This document shows positions 37,768 through 50,693 of a stretch of DNA of 64,000 nt, piece by piece (positions within the stretch are counted from its first letter, which is position 1; the number at the start of each line of letters is the position of its first letter). Where the stretch lies: assembly GCF_036321535.1 (NCBI RefSeq), contig NC_087447.1, positions 49,602,001-49,666,000 on the forward strand, read 5' to 3'. The translations under genes were made by a program, and so were the position numbers. A model generated the notes under the pieces. That model saw only the letters and a list, made by a program, of their open reading frames with translations, was not told the DNA's origin and made no database searches. The DNA comes from Camelus dromedarius (Eukaryota).

Positions 37768-40700
37768 GGATACTGAGTTGAAATGAATCTGTTTCTCTAA
37801 CTTTGCATCTTATCTGATAAAATTTATTATAACTATTTTCTTTAAATATGTGAAAGAGGCTACTCAATAATATCATAGAATATTACAAAAGTCCAGAATG
37901 GAGGCCATTTTCCAAACTATTTATACGAGGAATTGAATTTATAGTTGTGACCTACTAATCGATCCTAAAAATAAATTCTTTCAAATGTCTCTGGCAGCCC
38001 AGTGATTCACTCAACTCAGCCTGCACTGAGTGCCAGCTTCCGCCCTTTCTTTTTCCTAAACTCACTCACTATTCACTAGAAGAATCCATAACAGTATTTC
38101 AAATGCAAAACAATTTAGAAAGGTTTCAAAAAAGGTAGTGATTTTCAGTGTTGCATTAATGAGAAGAATTTAGTGCCTTTTAAGAACAACTGTTCTCCAA
38201 CTTTGAGTGGCCAACATTACCAGAGAATTTGTTAATAGTGAAAATGCCACTGTTCTCACCCCTGGGGTGAAGTCCTAGAATTTCTATTTTAACAGGCTCC
38301 TTGAGTGATTCTAATACAGTTGGTCAGAGGCACCCACATTGAGAAATGCCACTTTAAAGTTCCTATGACTGTGTGGATGGAAGGTGATGATAAAGAAACA
38401 GTGTCTGGAAAGGGCCTGGCACAGCCTCAGGCTCAAGGCACATGCTGAGGGGCCAGTGTGCTTAGTTTAGTGCCATATGAATGACCTTGAAGAGGGCTGT
38501 ACCTGGGTGAAGTTAATTGTTAGCAGGCCTGTAGATCATATCCAGGGATTTGGGGTCATTCTTCCACAATCTCCATTCACTCCCAACAATAACTCCCAGC
38601 CTATCAGAAAGAGCTTGAGTTTGGGATCCCAAGCATGCCATTGACCAGCTGTGTAACTTCAAGAAAGTCACCTGCCTTTTCTAAGCCTCAGTAAAACAGG
38701 GGTAATGTCATCTACCTTGTGATGTGATGATTTGATGAAACACAGGGGTAATGTCATCTGTAAAACAGGGGTAATGTCATCTACCTTGTGATGTGACGAT
38801 TTGATGAAATACAGCAAAAGTATTTTCTTCCCTGACTTTTGCCCTTTGCTAACCCCCTTCCCATGCTCCTCCTCTAGACGAGATCACTTAACGGCCAGCA
38901 GGGCACAGGACAAATGTACTTTCACAACTCTGACAATGGATGGCTGTCAGGTGACTCTCTGAGCTAACAAAACTCAAACATGAAAAGGGGGAAAAATAGG
39001 CAGATGCAAAGGCTGGTGACTAGAAGATCACAGATTTGCTACTGAACGCAAACCTCAGCCTAAGAGCAGTGAAACTCAACTGAAGGAGAAAACGCTTATA
39101 TTCTTTGTGCTTTGATATTTTTAGGGGGAGACAGGAAGGAATATCAAGGTCAGGTCTAAAAGAAGATCAATGAAAGGTGAGCATTTCTGCTGTCCCAGGA
39201 GACTGGCACTGAGTATCTAATTATGTTACTTAGATGGAATCATACACTTCCATCCAGCAAATACCACCTCTAAGGCATTTCTGGTGTATTTTGCTGCAAT
39301 GGACACCAAGTGTGTGAGTGAGTAAATCTTTAGCAATAGGGAAATTACCTCTGTGGGTACCATAGAGACAGTTCTTACTTTAAATTCATTAATCAACAGA
39401 TGGTCTAAAATTATGAGTCTTTTGATTCTTTTTATATCCACTTCTTACTAGGGCTTTGGGGTTCAAATGACTGGTTCTGTGACCTTGGAGGCAAGTTACT
39501 TCACCTCCCTGAGCCTTTTTATTTAATTCTCACTTCAACCCTATTAACTCTATTCTATTTCCAGAAAAATGAGGTGCAGCAGGTGCCTTATCCAAGGTCA
39601 CATAGAAAGTGAGTGGCGGACTGAACCCGGGCAGGCTCATCTGTGTTCTCACCCATGCCAACTCTGGGCATCTGCCCCAGGACACCAAGTTAGGTGGGCA
39701 AGATCTCTTTCACTTATTCTTCTGGGTCTTTCCATATCCAACCTTCTGAGATTATAATTTGCCAGAGGGAAGAGTCAATGTCTAATTCTCTGTAATTCTT
39801 ACGCAAAAGTGTGCAAAGAAATGCCTCTCAAAAACAGACAGTAACAAGTGAAGGTGGCTCCACGAACTTCATCTGCTCCCCCAGTTCTTGAATGTAAGTC
39901 AGTGTATTTATCCCTCTTCTTCCTTCCTTTCTCACAGAATAAAGACTTCAGTTACCACCATTTCTGCTTTTTACAATTCTATAATCTACTGTTTTCTAAC
40001 TGTTTACCGCTCAAAAAAGATACAAGGACCTCAGGGGTACACATAGCACATTTCAGGTAAAGAGTAGGGCTCTTCTGGACTAAGAAAGAGGGTAAAAAAG
40101 AAACGAGAACCAGCCAGGAGGGTTAAAGCCAGAGAAACGTGGTGGGATTTTAGAGCTAGTAGATTCTAGGGATGATTTAATGCAGTATATTAATTTTACA
40201 GACTGGGAAAATGAAGTGGAGGGAGGGAAAGTAACTCCATGGAGTCACATAAAAACTAGCAGCAGAGATGGAACCAGCACTCAAGCCTTTCAAGTCCTAG
40301 TCTAGGTTTTTGTTTTTGTTTTTGGCACCAGAATAGACTCATCATTTTAAAGTTGCTAATATAGTTGTCATTAAAAGCAAAGAGAGATAATATCTGCATA
40401 AAACCTAATGGTTTGCAATGTACCTTTATACAAGTATTTCACTTGAGTTACCCCATTGTGTTCTCCCAGTTCCTTGGTGTTTGCTCATAAATCCCCATCC
40501 CACAGGACTTGTGAAGGCAAATGATCTTTCCAACAGGTCCACCTCCCTGTTCTTTATGTTAATCCTCATAGAACTTGAAATTAAATCTCCTTCCTTTGGC
40601 AGATACTCTGAAAAAATTTACGGTTTTCCATCAGCAAGTATTTATTGAGGGATTGCTGAGTGATGCTCAGTAATTCCTTATTCATTTATTCAACATACAT

Positions 40701-43700
40701 TAACCCAGATTCTGTGAACAGGAATTTGGGATACAATAGAGGACAGAACAAAGTCCCTGCTGTCTTGAGAGAGTGACATACATTCCAGTGAGGGGAGATG
40801 AGCAATAAACCAATAAGCAGTTATATAATAAGTCAGGTGGTGGTAAGTCCTAACAAGACTAATAAAGATGACAGAGTCACATGTGCCTGAGTCTGTGTGT
40901 GCTGTGTCACCTAGGGTCAAGGACAGCCTCTCTGATGAAGGGATGACCCTGTCTCCAAATAAGGTCACATTCTGTGGTATTGGTGGCTAGAATTTCAACA
41001 TATGAATTTGGGGTGACACAATTGGACATTAGGCAGAGACCTGAGGAGGTGAGCCTTGTGGACGTGTGGGGAAGAGTGCTCCAGCAAGGATGCTAAAACC
41101 CTGAGGCAAGAGATGAGGAACCACAAAGCCAGTGTCTGTGGACTGCAGTGAGGAGGGGAAGGGGGAGGAGTGGGAGATAAGAGCAGTGAAGGTCAGACAG
41201 AGGGGGTAGGCCTTGCATGTGGGAGCCGAGGGAGCTGATGTTTCTCTATCTGAGTCAGGAGTCACTGTGGGATTTGAGGAGACCCCATCTAGCACTGTGC
41301 ACTATGATTCACTGGTCATTTTAAAAGGTCAGAACAGATACTACCTGTGCAAGGCAGAAGCAGGGAGGTCAGGTAGAGGTACCTCAATAGTCTCCATGAG
41401 AGATTATGGGGGAGTGGGTGGCACCCCCACCCCCAGGCCAGGCAGATGAGACTCTGAGTAGAGACAGGTGCTGAATGAATGAGTAATACTATATAGGAAG
41501 TATGTCAAAAGTGCTAAGGGCAAATAAATGAGATTTATTCCACTTTATGGGAGAATGGGCAAAAATGTCGAGAGGTCACAAGTTGAAACTTGAAGAAGTC
41601 ACCAAAGATGGGGGACATAGGGCTTTTTATGGCCAAAATGGTGAAAGCAAATTCCACAAAGACCCCCAAGGTGTGCCTGTGGTCAGGGTCTCGAGGGTAG
41701 GGAACACGGGGGTGCATGGTGGTCAATGCCCAGACGGCAGGGAGCCAGGCCTGCTGTGCTGAGAAGCCCACTCACATTCCTCCGTTCCTCAGGCCAAGAG
41801 CCAGTCAGGCAGGCCGGCAGGACAAAGGCTCAGCCTCCAGGGGATTCCGACCTGGTTTCAGTAGAAGGGACGCTGAGGCGCTGGTGCTGGGGACCAATGA
41901 CTAGGATACTAGTTCTCTCGTCAGGTGTGTGTCTTTTTGGGTTTTATGAGGCCCTCCCTCCTGGGCCCCCCAACCATAGCCAGGGCGGGGCATGTGAGGC
42001 TGCTCACCATTGTTGCTGCCGCCCTTCTCTAGAACTTTCAGAGGGCCTTCACTCACTTAAGAAATGGGTTCTTCAAACCACAAGGAAAACAGAGAAATGT
42101 ATTAATTAAGAGATAGGCTGACACTTCAAAATTGTGCAGGAAAAGTTTTCCCTTTCCTTTTAGCGAGGGTTTGAGGGCTACGAAAACTGCATTTGTCATC
42201 TGTAACCCTGTCGCTATAAAGAGACGCCCCTTTTATTACTCTTTCACAGAGCTTTCTCACACCAAATTACTAATGAGGTAATTACCAACATGATAATTAC
42301 TGCATGATTAGTAGGCGAGTGGAAGGGAAATGTAGCGCAAAAGCAGCAGCTAGGGTTTGGGCTGTTCTGTCAGAGATCAGATAAGAATGGTCTCTGCAAA
42401 AGGCAGTAACTGAGAGCTTTTCAGTTCATAACCTGAGCGCTACATCACCAGGGTTTTAGAAAGTAACTAGTCAGAAGCTTGGCTTCCAGCCCCAGCCGCG
42501 GGCAGGGATCCGGCATCTTCGTGGGGCAGTCTGGCCAGGAAAGCAAGGGGCCTCCAGTCACACAGCCACCAGGAAGCCCCTCCACACCTTCCGGCGCCTG
42601 AATCCACCCGAACCCCACTGTACTGGAGACACACGGGGAACATGCGCCTAGAGGTCTTCTGGGAGGATTAACACAGCGACACCAGCCAAACGAGCGCTGC
42701 TTGCTAAGCCGCCCTCTCCTTGCCCCGTCCAGTCACCACCGGCTCCCACAGCACCATCTGCCAAGGGCCCAGCTGGATGAGGCCAGAGCACTTAGCGTTA
42801 TTCAGAATTCCTACCCACGTTATTTTCCCTTGAAAGAGCCCAAATGACTTTCAGTTAGTCTGTCAGTTTATATTTTAAAAAATCTGAGGTAAAAACAGAA
42901 ACCCACTTAGATCAACATAGAATTGAAACCACACAGCTGCACTGGAGGCCAGGCCGTGTGCCGAGCCTGCCTGTCTGCCTTCTGAGGGGACTTGGGTCCT
43001 TGTCTGTGTTCCTTCCTGAAGCCGTCAGATTATCTGTAACATCGGCCTCCCCCAGCAGCCGGCCTCAGACAGCCAGGGCGGAGGAGGCAGGGCTGGGGCC
43101 GTGTTGCTGTCGTTCTGTGTTTAATACGTAGCTCAGCAGATGTGACATGAGGCAGGCAACCCAAACAGAATTCTTGTTTAAGAGCTGACATGTAGAAGAT
43201 ACTGAAGCATAGGAAAGTTGATGGTTGAAATAAGGACCTAAACTCTCTTTACATCTGTACAGTATTTTACCTTAGTTCCAGAATGCACCTAGCTTGTTTT
43301 CCCTAGGCTGGTCTCCAAATTCAGTATTCCTGAGAATCTGCTAGGGATTGAGGGGCTGGTTAACATGCAGACTCCTGGGCCCCACCCTCAGTAGTCTGAT
43401 TCTTGGTTCCAGGAAGTGCATTTTAAACAGACCCTCCACGAAGTTCTGATGCAGGTCCATGGACTCTGCACAGTGAGAGAAACACTGAGTATTCACTTGC
43501 TCTGACAACAACTTTAAGATATAAATAGAATAAACATTGGTCAGAGGGTTTCAGTCATTTGCCCAAGGCAGGCAACCTGCCAGTGAGTGTGGGAGCTCGG
43601 ACTCTTTCCTGCCCTGCTGAAAAGCCATTTCTTCCATTAGCCTTTGTCAGAACAAGTATTCTGGAAATAATCTTTTCCTCTTAAGGCCCAAAGTGTGCTT

Positions 43701-43756
43701 ATTCTTTGCTACTTACAGCTTTCCTCCTCATACAGTGCTAGACCTGCCTTATCTCT

Positions 43757-44290
43757 GTGTTAGGCATTTCTTTTTGTTCTGATGTTTGAGCATCTGGGGT
43801 CTTACCCACCCTGGAGAGACTTCCCCTACGCCCACCCCAGTGCCGGTCATTCCTAGGGAGCAAATAGGCTTTTCACACACAAACCAAAGAATCCAGTGCC
43901 CCTCCTCACCATCTCCTTTTTTTGGGCTCTCTCTTGGGCCACTATCCTCCTGCTCTAACCACCCCAGGGCCAGGCACCAGAAGACTCTGGACAGCCTCTA
44001 TGCCTCAGAGCTCTCTGGAATTACTCAAACTAGCCAATCCTGCCCCTGCTCAGCCTGCTTACTCTGCCTCACCCATTTCTTCCTGTAAAACCCACAACAA
44101 AGGCTCCTGCCCACAGTTTCTGGTTTTCTTCACTCCTTCTGCCTCCTGACCAACCCTGGCACCCCCCTGCAGGGTTCTGTGGGGCATGGTGAGGCCTGCC
44201 TCCTCCTCTTGAGAATAAACTATTTTTTCAATGGCAGTCCTCTCCTGATGTGTTGGCTTATCACAACTGAATAATAAAGCAGCCTGTATT
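43757..44290 (+). mobile_element. MER74-like solo LTR (ERVL class)
   Basis: Recalled MER74 hallmarks: gggcccactatcc, caccccagggccaggcaccaga, tcaaactagccaatcct, tctgcctcctgacc. Confidence 0.7.
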
Positions 44291-44575
44291 TTCAGGCAGC
44301 CTCCCGTAGTAAACTAGAAGCAACTTGAGGACATACTGCCTTGTTCTGAACAGTGATCAGATTAACTCAGTTTCTTGTTCACTATGGGTCTTCAAACATA
44401 TTTGTTGAATTAATTTTAAAAGTTAATCAAGAAGCTTAAATGAAGCCTTCTACCAGTGACTTTGTTTACTTTGGGGGTTAGAATTTTCAGTAAAATTTTA
44501 AGCTGCTCCCAAACTTATGTTGTTTTTCTCAAGCGAAAGTGTACAAGTGAACAGCGGATCACAAGGTACAGTCGG

Positions 44576-45101
44576 GTTATGGAAACTGTAGGTCAAATCT
44601 GTTTCACCTGCTTTCACTTATCAGAGTCGTTTTAAGACTTGCAAGTCCTCCATGCCTCACTTAGCCTAAATGATGAGATGTTTGCCTGAGTTGTTTTCCA
44701 GGAACTTGAAGTCAGCAGTGTCTTTTTTGAGCTGCGCTTATTAAGACTGGATAGGACCACTGACCAGTCAACGGGGCATGCGTGAGTGCCCACTTTTGAA
44801 CGTGGCAACCTTTTGAACATGCAGAGGCCTAAGCTTAGTTACGTCTGGGCATAACAACAATGATTACATCTTTCTCCAGTCACCCTTCCCCACACTCCCA
44901 AGCCTCAGATCGCCCTGGTTCTTTATTCTTTATTCCGTAAATACCTTGAACCCCTTGCCTTTGGAGAGGCAGATCTGAGACTTGTTCTCCCATCTCTTTG
45001 CTTGGCTGCCCTGTAAATAAACCTTCTCTTTGCTGCTAACCTTGGTGTCTCGGTGTTTTGGCTTGCTGAGGGTAGGGGAAAATGAACCTGGTTTAGTAAC
45101 A
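44576..45101 (+). mobile_element. ERV1-class solo LTR (MER34/MER39-like)
   Basis: ggagaggcagatctgagacttgttctccc, polyA signal aataaacc, and terminal gaacctggtttagtaaca. The 5' end is approximate. Confidence 0.65.
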
Positions 45102-48100
45102 TCACAGGCTCCCTTCAATTATGCAATGATAGTATTTACTGACACTAAGTTGAAAAAGACACATTTCCTGCTTTCTGGTTTGCCATGAAAACAGTTTCAA
45201 CTTGTTAATAAACATGTAAAAGGAGAGAAATTTTTAAAAGAGCAAAAATACATCCAGTATAACTCAGCTATTTATAGTGTCTCAAATGGGCTAAGCTGGG
45301 AGTATTTCTGTGCGATGAGATGTGAATCATGTGGACAAGCAAAACAAAAAGGTGGAACTGCAGGTTACTTGGTGACAGAGAAGAAAGCACTGGGCCAGGA
45401 CTCCAAAAAGACTTAGATTCGGTTCCCTACTCTGAACCTACCTCTGTGTGCCACTGGGCAAATCACAAACCCAGCTGTCAGCCTCAGCTGTCACATCTGT
45501 AAAACGGGGGGTCAAATTACTTTTAAAACTACTTCCGGTCACCAAACTGCCAGTGGATAAAAGTTAAGGTTTTGAAATAGATTTCTTTTGAAAGAAAGAA
45601 AGAAGAAAGGAAGGAAGGTAGGAAGGAGGGAGGGAGGGAAGACATGCAGAGGGAAAAATGACATTTATCATGATGTTTTGAATTAACAGTGGTGAAAAAC
45701 TGAAAGCAAGTGAAATGTCCATGATAGAAGAACAGTTAAATAAAAGGTGCTATGCCCACATGACAGAATAGTATGCAGTCATTTAAATGATTTAAAAAAG
45801 GAGTTTAATAACTAGGGAAAATTTGAGAATACTAAGGTGGCCCTTACTGAGCCCTTAGTTGCTCACACTCTCTTCATTCATCACCACCAGCCCTTATTAC
45901 AGCTCTTGTGGAGGCTGCTGTCATCCCTGTGGAGTGTCTTGCTCGAGGTCACACAGAACTGGGTGAACCGATCAGAAAAGAGCTAGTGTCAACAACGAAT
46001 CAATCTGAGAAACACTCTGACTGCAGTGGCATCTTGGTCTCACCAGCAGGTCTGCACGTTCGGTTGGTGATGCCACTTTTCCTCAGACATGAGTGGTCAC
46101 TTAAGGACACAGCCCCTGCCATGAGGCATAAGTGCTCTTGCGGTAACAGGAATGATTGGATCAGGTTGTACCAGTAAAATCAGGAAAAATGATTCAGATA
46201 TGCAGTTCTTACTCACTATGCCACATTCTAGGTTCAATACAGCATTTAAACCTCAATGCTCTTTTCAGAAACATCTCAGCAAAACAATCACCATTCTCTT
46301 CTCCCTTTGGAAGTGGTTTTTCTTTATGCACAGGCTTTATCAAAGTTGCTTAAATACACAAGAAAAGCCCAATTCAAAAACTGGTGAAATGACTAAAATG
46401 GGCACTGCTGGCATAGATGGCACAACAGTGTTTACTTAGGAACATCCATTTTGGACCAGTTTGTCATTTTGGCCTCAGCCATTCATTTTTAACCAGGCAG
46501 ATCTAGGATGTGGATGCAGGGGGAAAGTTCACTCCAAATCCTTTGCTTTATTTCTGAAAACTAAGTGCCTGAATCAAAATAACCTTTTAGAAAACAAAAT
46601 ATAGAACTGGAAATGCACGGTTTCAACCTCACAAAAATACGCATAGAGGAAAAGATGAACTGACATCAAAATTAAAGCATTTGATTATGGGTGGTGGGAT
46701 TTGAGGTAATTAAAAATTTCATGCTTTTCTTTTCTACAAAGTTGTACTTTTTAAAAAAGCTAAGTTTCCTATTAAAGGAAGGAGAGAGAGGAGGAGGGAA
46801 GGAGGAAGAAAGAGAGAGAGAGAAAAATACTATCATTCAAATTGTCTCCAGAGATCCTTCTGGGTGCAGCTGTGTGAGTCATGGTGTTGTCTGGAGTTTT
46901 TCTCCCGGGGCCAGACGCTAGGCCGGCTGTGCTCCCGCCCCAGCTGACCGCCTCACACTCCATTGAACACTCACAAGTCTGCCACTTTCAGTTCCACTTG
47001 ATTTCCACTCTCTCCTCTGGCTGGTGGCCATGGAGCCCTCCTGGCAACCTCCATACTGGTTCCCATGGATACCCCCGACTCCCAGACAAGCGGCTGCTCA
47101 GAGCAGATGGTCGCCAGCTCCGGGCAGAGCACAGGCTGGGGGTTACAGGAGATATCCAGAATCCTTCATCCTTCAGTTCATTCCCTCCCAATGCACTGCA
47201 CAGAGATGGATGGATACACACCCACCCCTTCCCCCCCCCCACACACACATACACACACACGCACGTCTTTCCCTAGATCCTGCTTGGTTCTGGCCTTGAC
47301 CAGGAACTTACGATGTTTCAAATATCACAAATACTACAACGCTAACACTTACTGAGCCCCAACCATAGGCCAGTGACTGACCTACAAACTGCTTTGCGTA
47401 CAAAGGGAGGAAATAATTTACCGAAACAGTTTAAAGAGTTGTTTTTCTGACCCAATTCAAACATGACTGTTTGGACCAGGTCTTTTTGGGATTAGTGTGA
47501 CTGTTGACATGCCTAAGAATAATCTTAGAAGCATACTGAAATTTCAGGTTCCTGAACCCAACCTTAGTAATTCATATTCAGAAGGTCAGGCATAGGAGCC
47601 AGGAGCCTGGGATGGGGCTCAGGTGATTTCAATGCGTGTGGTCTGGATCACTTGAGAGAAAGCCTGCCCTAGCTCAAGGATGCTCAGACCTTATTTAGAG
47701 TACCCATGCACTGTCTATTAAAATGCAGTCTGACTTAGGATGTCCATGGTGGTCCCTAAGAGTCTGTAGTTCTGATTAGCTCCCAGGTGAAGCTGATGCT
47801 GCAGGTATTTGGGTAGCAAGAACCTAAATGGTCAGTCTCCCAGTGGCTGGTTCATGCAGCACTTACCCACCAAAAGCCCAATTAGGTAAGCCTTTGGACT
47901 TCTTAGCAATTATTTAATGTCTGGTTCAGAGAGAGTGCAGAACACTGACCCGACTTCCTGCCAGCGCAGTCCAAGAGCAGGACTACATCCATCACCTCCA
48001 CTGGCACAAGACTCTTTGATGCCGTGCCAGCAGTGCCCAGATTTCCAGTCACATCCCTGCTATTCCCCAGCAGGAGTCTACCCAGCCCTCCCACACTACC

Positions 48101-48689
48101 CCTGTTTCATGTGCTTAGTTTCTGATACCTCAAGCCTTTGCACATGCTGTTTGGGGTGTCTGAAATGCACTTCCTTACCACGTGATCCCTATGACCTGGC
48201 ACCTTGCTGACTGCACCACAGCATCATGGTACCCCCTGCTTCCAGCCGTGGCCCTCTCCAAACCTCTCACCACACAGACCCCAGTCAGGTCTCTTGAGAA
48301 TGCGAATCCAATCACTCACTCTCTTGTTTAATATCCTTCAATGGTTCCCTCCAAATTGCTAAGAAGAAACTCTTGTCCACCTAGAGTCTTCACTCAGCTA
48401 TCACTAAAGCATCAGGTGAAATAAAGATACTTCAGACAAAAGACATAATTCCAGTAGGCAAGAGTGATATTCCAAAATCAATGGTGAGCAAAATGTTACT
48501 GAATATTGGGGCAAGTCTAAATAAGCATTGGATATAAAAAATTTATTACTGTTTATTTCTAAATGAAAGGTCATATAAAGCAAAGACAAAAAATGTAAGA
48601 CAACAAAAATATGGAAGTTGGGAGGGGTGATCAGAGGCAAAGTTTGACTGGAAACTTTAAGTGAGACATACAGATTGAAAAATAAGGAT

Positions 48690-48906
48690 ATACTATGTAT
48701 ATAAAGTAGATAAACAACAAAGACGTACTGTATAGCACAGAGAACTATATTAAATATCTTGTAATAACTTATAATGGAAAAGAATCCAAAAAAGAATATA
48801 CATATGTGTATGTATAACAGAATCACTTTGCTGTACACCAGAAACTAACACAACATTGTAAACCAACTATAATTCAACTTTTTAAAAAGTTAAAAAAAGG
48901 AAAAAG
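48690..48906 (+). mobile_element. Younger L1 3' end with TSD nested in old L1
   Basis: TSD aaaataaggat at 48679-48689 and 48907-48917. Motif gaatcactttgctgtacaccagaaactaacacaacattgtaa. Confidence 0.85.
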
Positions 48907-50133
48907 AAAATAAGGATGGCCACCAAAAAACCATCCAATAATAACATAAAAAGAGATAGAATGTATAACTCCTACACAGAAGGAAATACAGAAAATGTTA
49001 GTCAACCCAATAAAAGGCAGGAATGGATCAAAAGAGTAAACAGAAAGAAAAGCAAAGGTAAGTAGAAAACCCAAGAGGAAAAAACTCAGAAGAGAAAATA
49101 TTAGAATTAATAAGAGAATTCAGCAAGTTTGTAGGCACAAGATAAGTATACAACAATCAACATTGTTCCTATGCATCACCAACAACCAGTTAGAAAAGAT
49201 AATGGAAAAGAAATCTTATTCACAACAGCAGCAGAATCTAGAAAACATCCAGGAAAAACAAAGAGAATTTTCTGAAGGATATACAAGATGACCTGAGTAA
49301 ATGCGTTGATGCAGAGTTGTCCCTCAGTATCTGCAGGTGCTCATTTCAAGGACCTCCACGGATACCGTCATTGCCCTGCTGATCTACATGACAGCTACTA
49401 CACATAATTATGTGGGTCTGAAGTTTAAGAGTTTGGAAGATTGCTGCACTGAGTTCTAAATTGCATAAGGCCAATAAGGAGCTTTAGAGAGCTACAAGCG
49501 GTGGTGTGAAATGTCACAGACACCCAGACTAAAGCAGAGTCTAGGTTTCTGCTGCTTTGTTATAGTAATTTGTAAATTGCTTTAGTCAACTCATTTTGCA
49601 CGGTAGTTTAATAAAATGACTTAATGTACATGAACTACAAAAAAACCTAGTCGCTTAGATAAAATGGTGCAGTACAGTCTGCTCCCTGCCATTTGTGCAG
49701 GTTCTATATCTGCAGTATGTTGTTTACACACAGAAATACTCAGTATTATTCAAGATCAATTTTCAGATTACTCTGTAATTTTAACCCAAGTCCAACCAAA
49801 ATCTCAATAGTAATGTTTGTGGTGGTTGAAAACTGAGTCCAAAATAATTATGAAAGGGTAAATACCTAAGAAAGACCAAGATAATTCTGAAAAAGACCAA
49901 CCAAGAGTGATACTACCCTGTTAAAAATCAAAACATATTGCAAGGCTATAATAGTAAGCGTGGTGTTTGTTAGGACTAGAGAAACAGGTCATGCAGCAAA
50001 ACAGGGAGCCCAGAACAGATCCACACCAATGAGGGAACTTGCTGTGAGACAGAGGGAATTTCTTATATTGGGGAGGGGGGCGGGTGGGGCGGGAGGAAGA
50101 GGGAAACGGCCTTTCAAACAAGTGGACTTGGGC

Positions 50134-50693
50134 TGAGGTGGGAAGCCCCATAAAAAAGACTGGCAGGACCCCCAGGCAGGGCCACTACTCTCCTGCCGGC
50201 ACCATCCAGTTCCCTGGCCCAGTGCCATTATCTCTCCTTTTAAACTCTGAAATGGCTTACTTCTAGGAAAGTGGAACTTACCCCTAAGATTACTATTGGT
50301 TCCCTAGGCTAACTCCTGATTGGTCCATTTGTACTGCTTCATTTGCATGGAGCTCACTCCTGATTGGTTCATTTCCCTCACTCCTGATTGGTCCATTTCC
50401 CTCACTCCTGATTGGTCCATTTCTACAAAGCTTGTTCCTAATTAGTCACCTTTGTTACAACTTTTTGCATATGATGTTACAAAATGTTGAAAAGTCTAGA
50501 CTGGTAGCCTATAAAAGGCTGTATAAAGCTACACTCTGGGGTCCAGAGCTTGGAGTGTTAACTCCTCTGTGCCCGCTGGAGTAATAAACCTGAGTTCTCC
50601 AACCCTCTGAGTGCTGCTTGGTCTCCCGCCGGGATCTGGGTTGCTGTCACAACTGAGCTGTAACACTGAGCTTGAACACACTTTGCTGCAACA
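50134..50693 (+). mobile_element. Complete solo LTR (ERV1-like, 560 bp)
   Basis: TG...CA ends, near-TSD gggc/gggt, TATAAAA at 50510-50516 and AATAAA at 50583-50588. It interrupts a collinear L1 segment. Confidence 0.8.
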
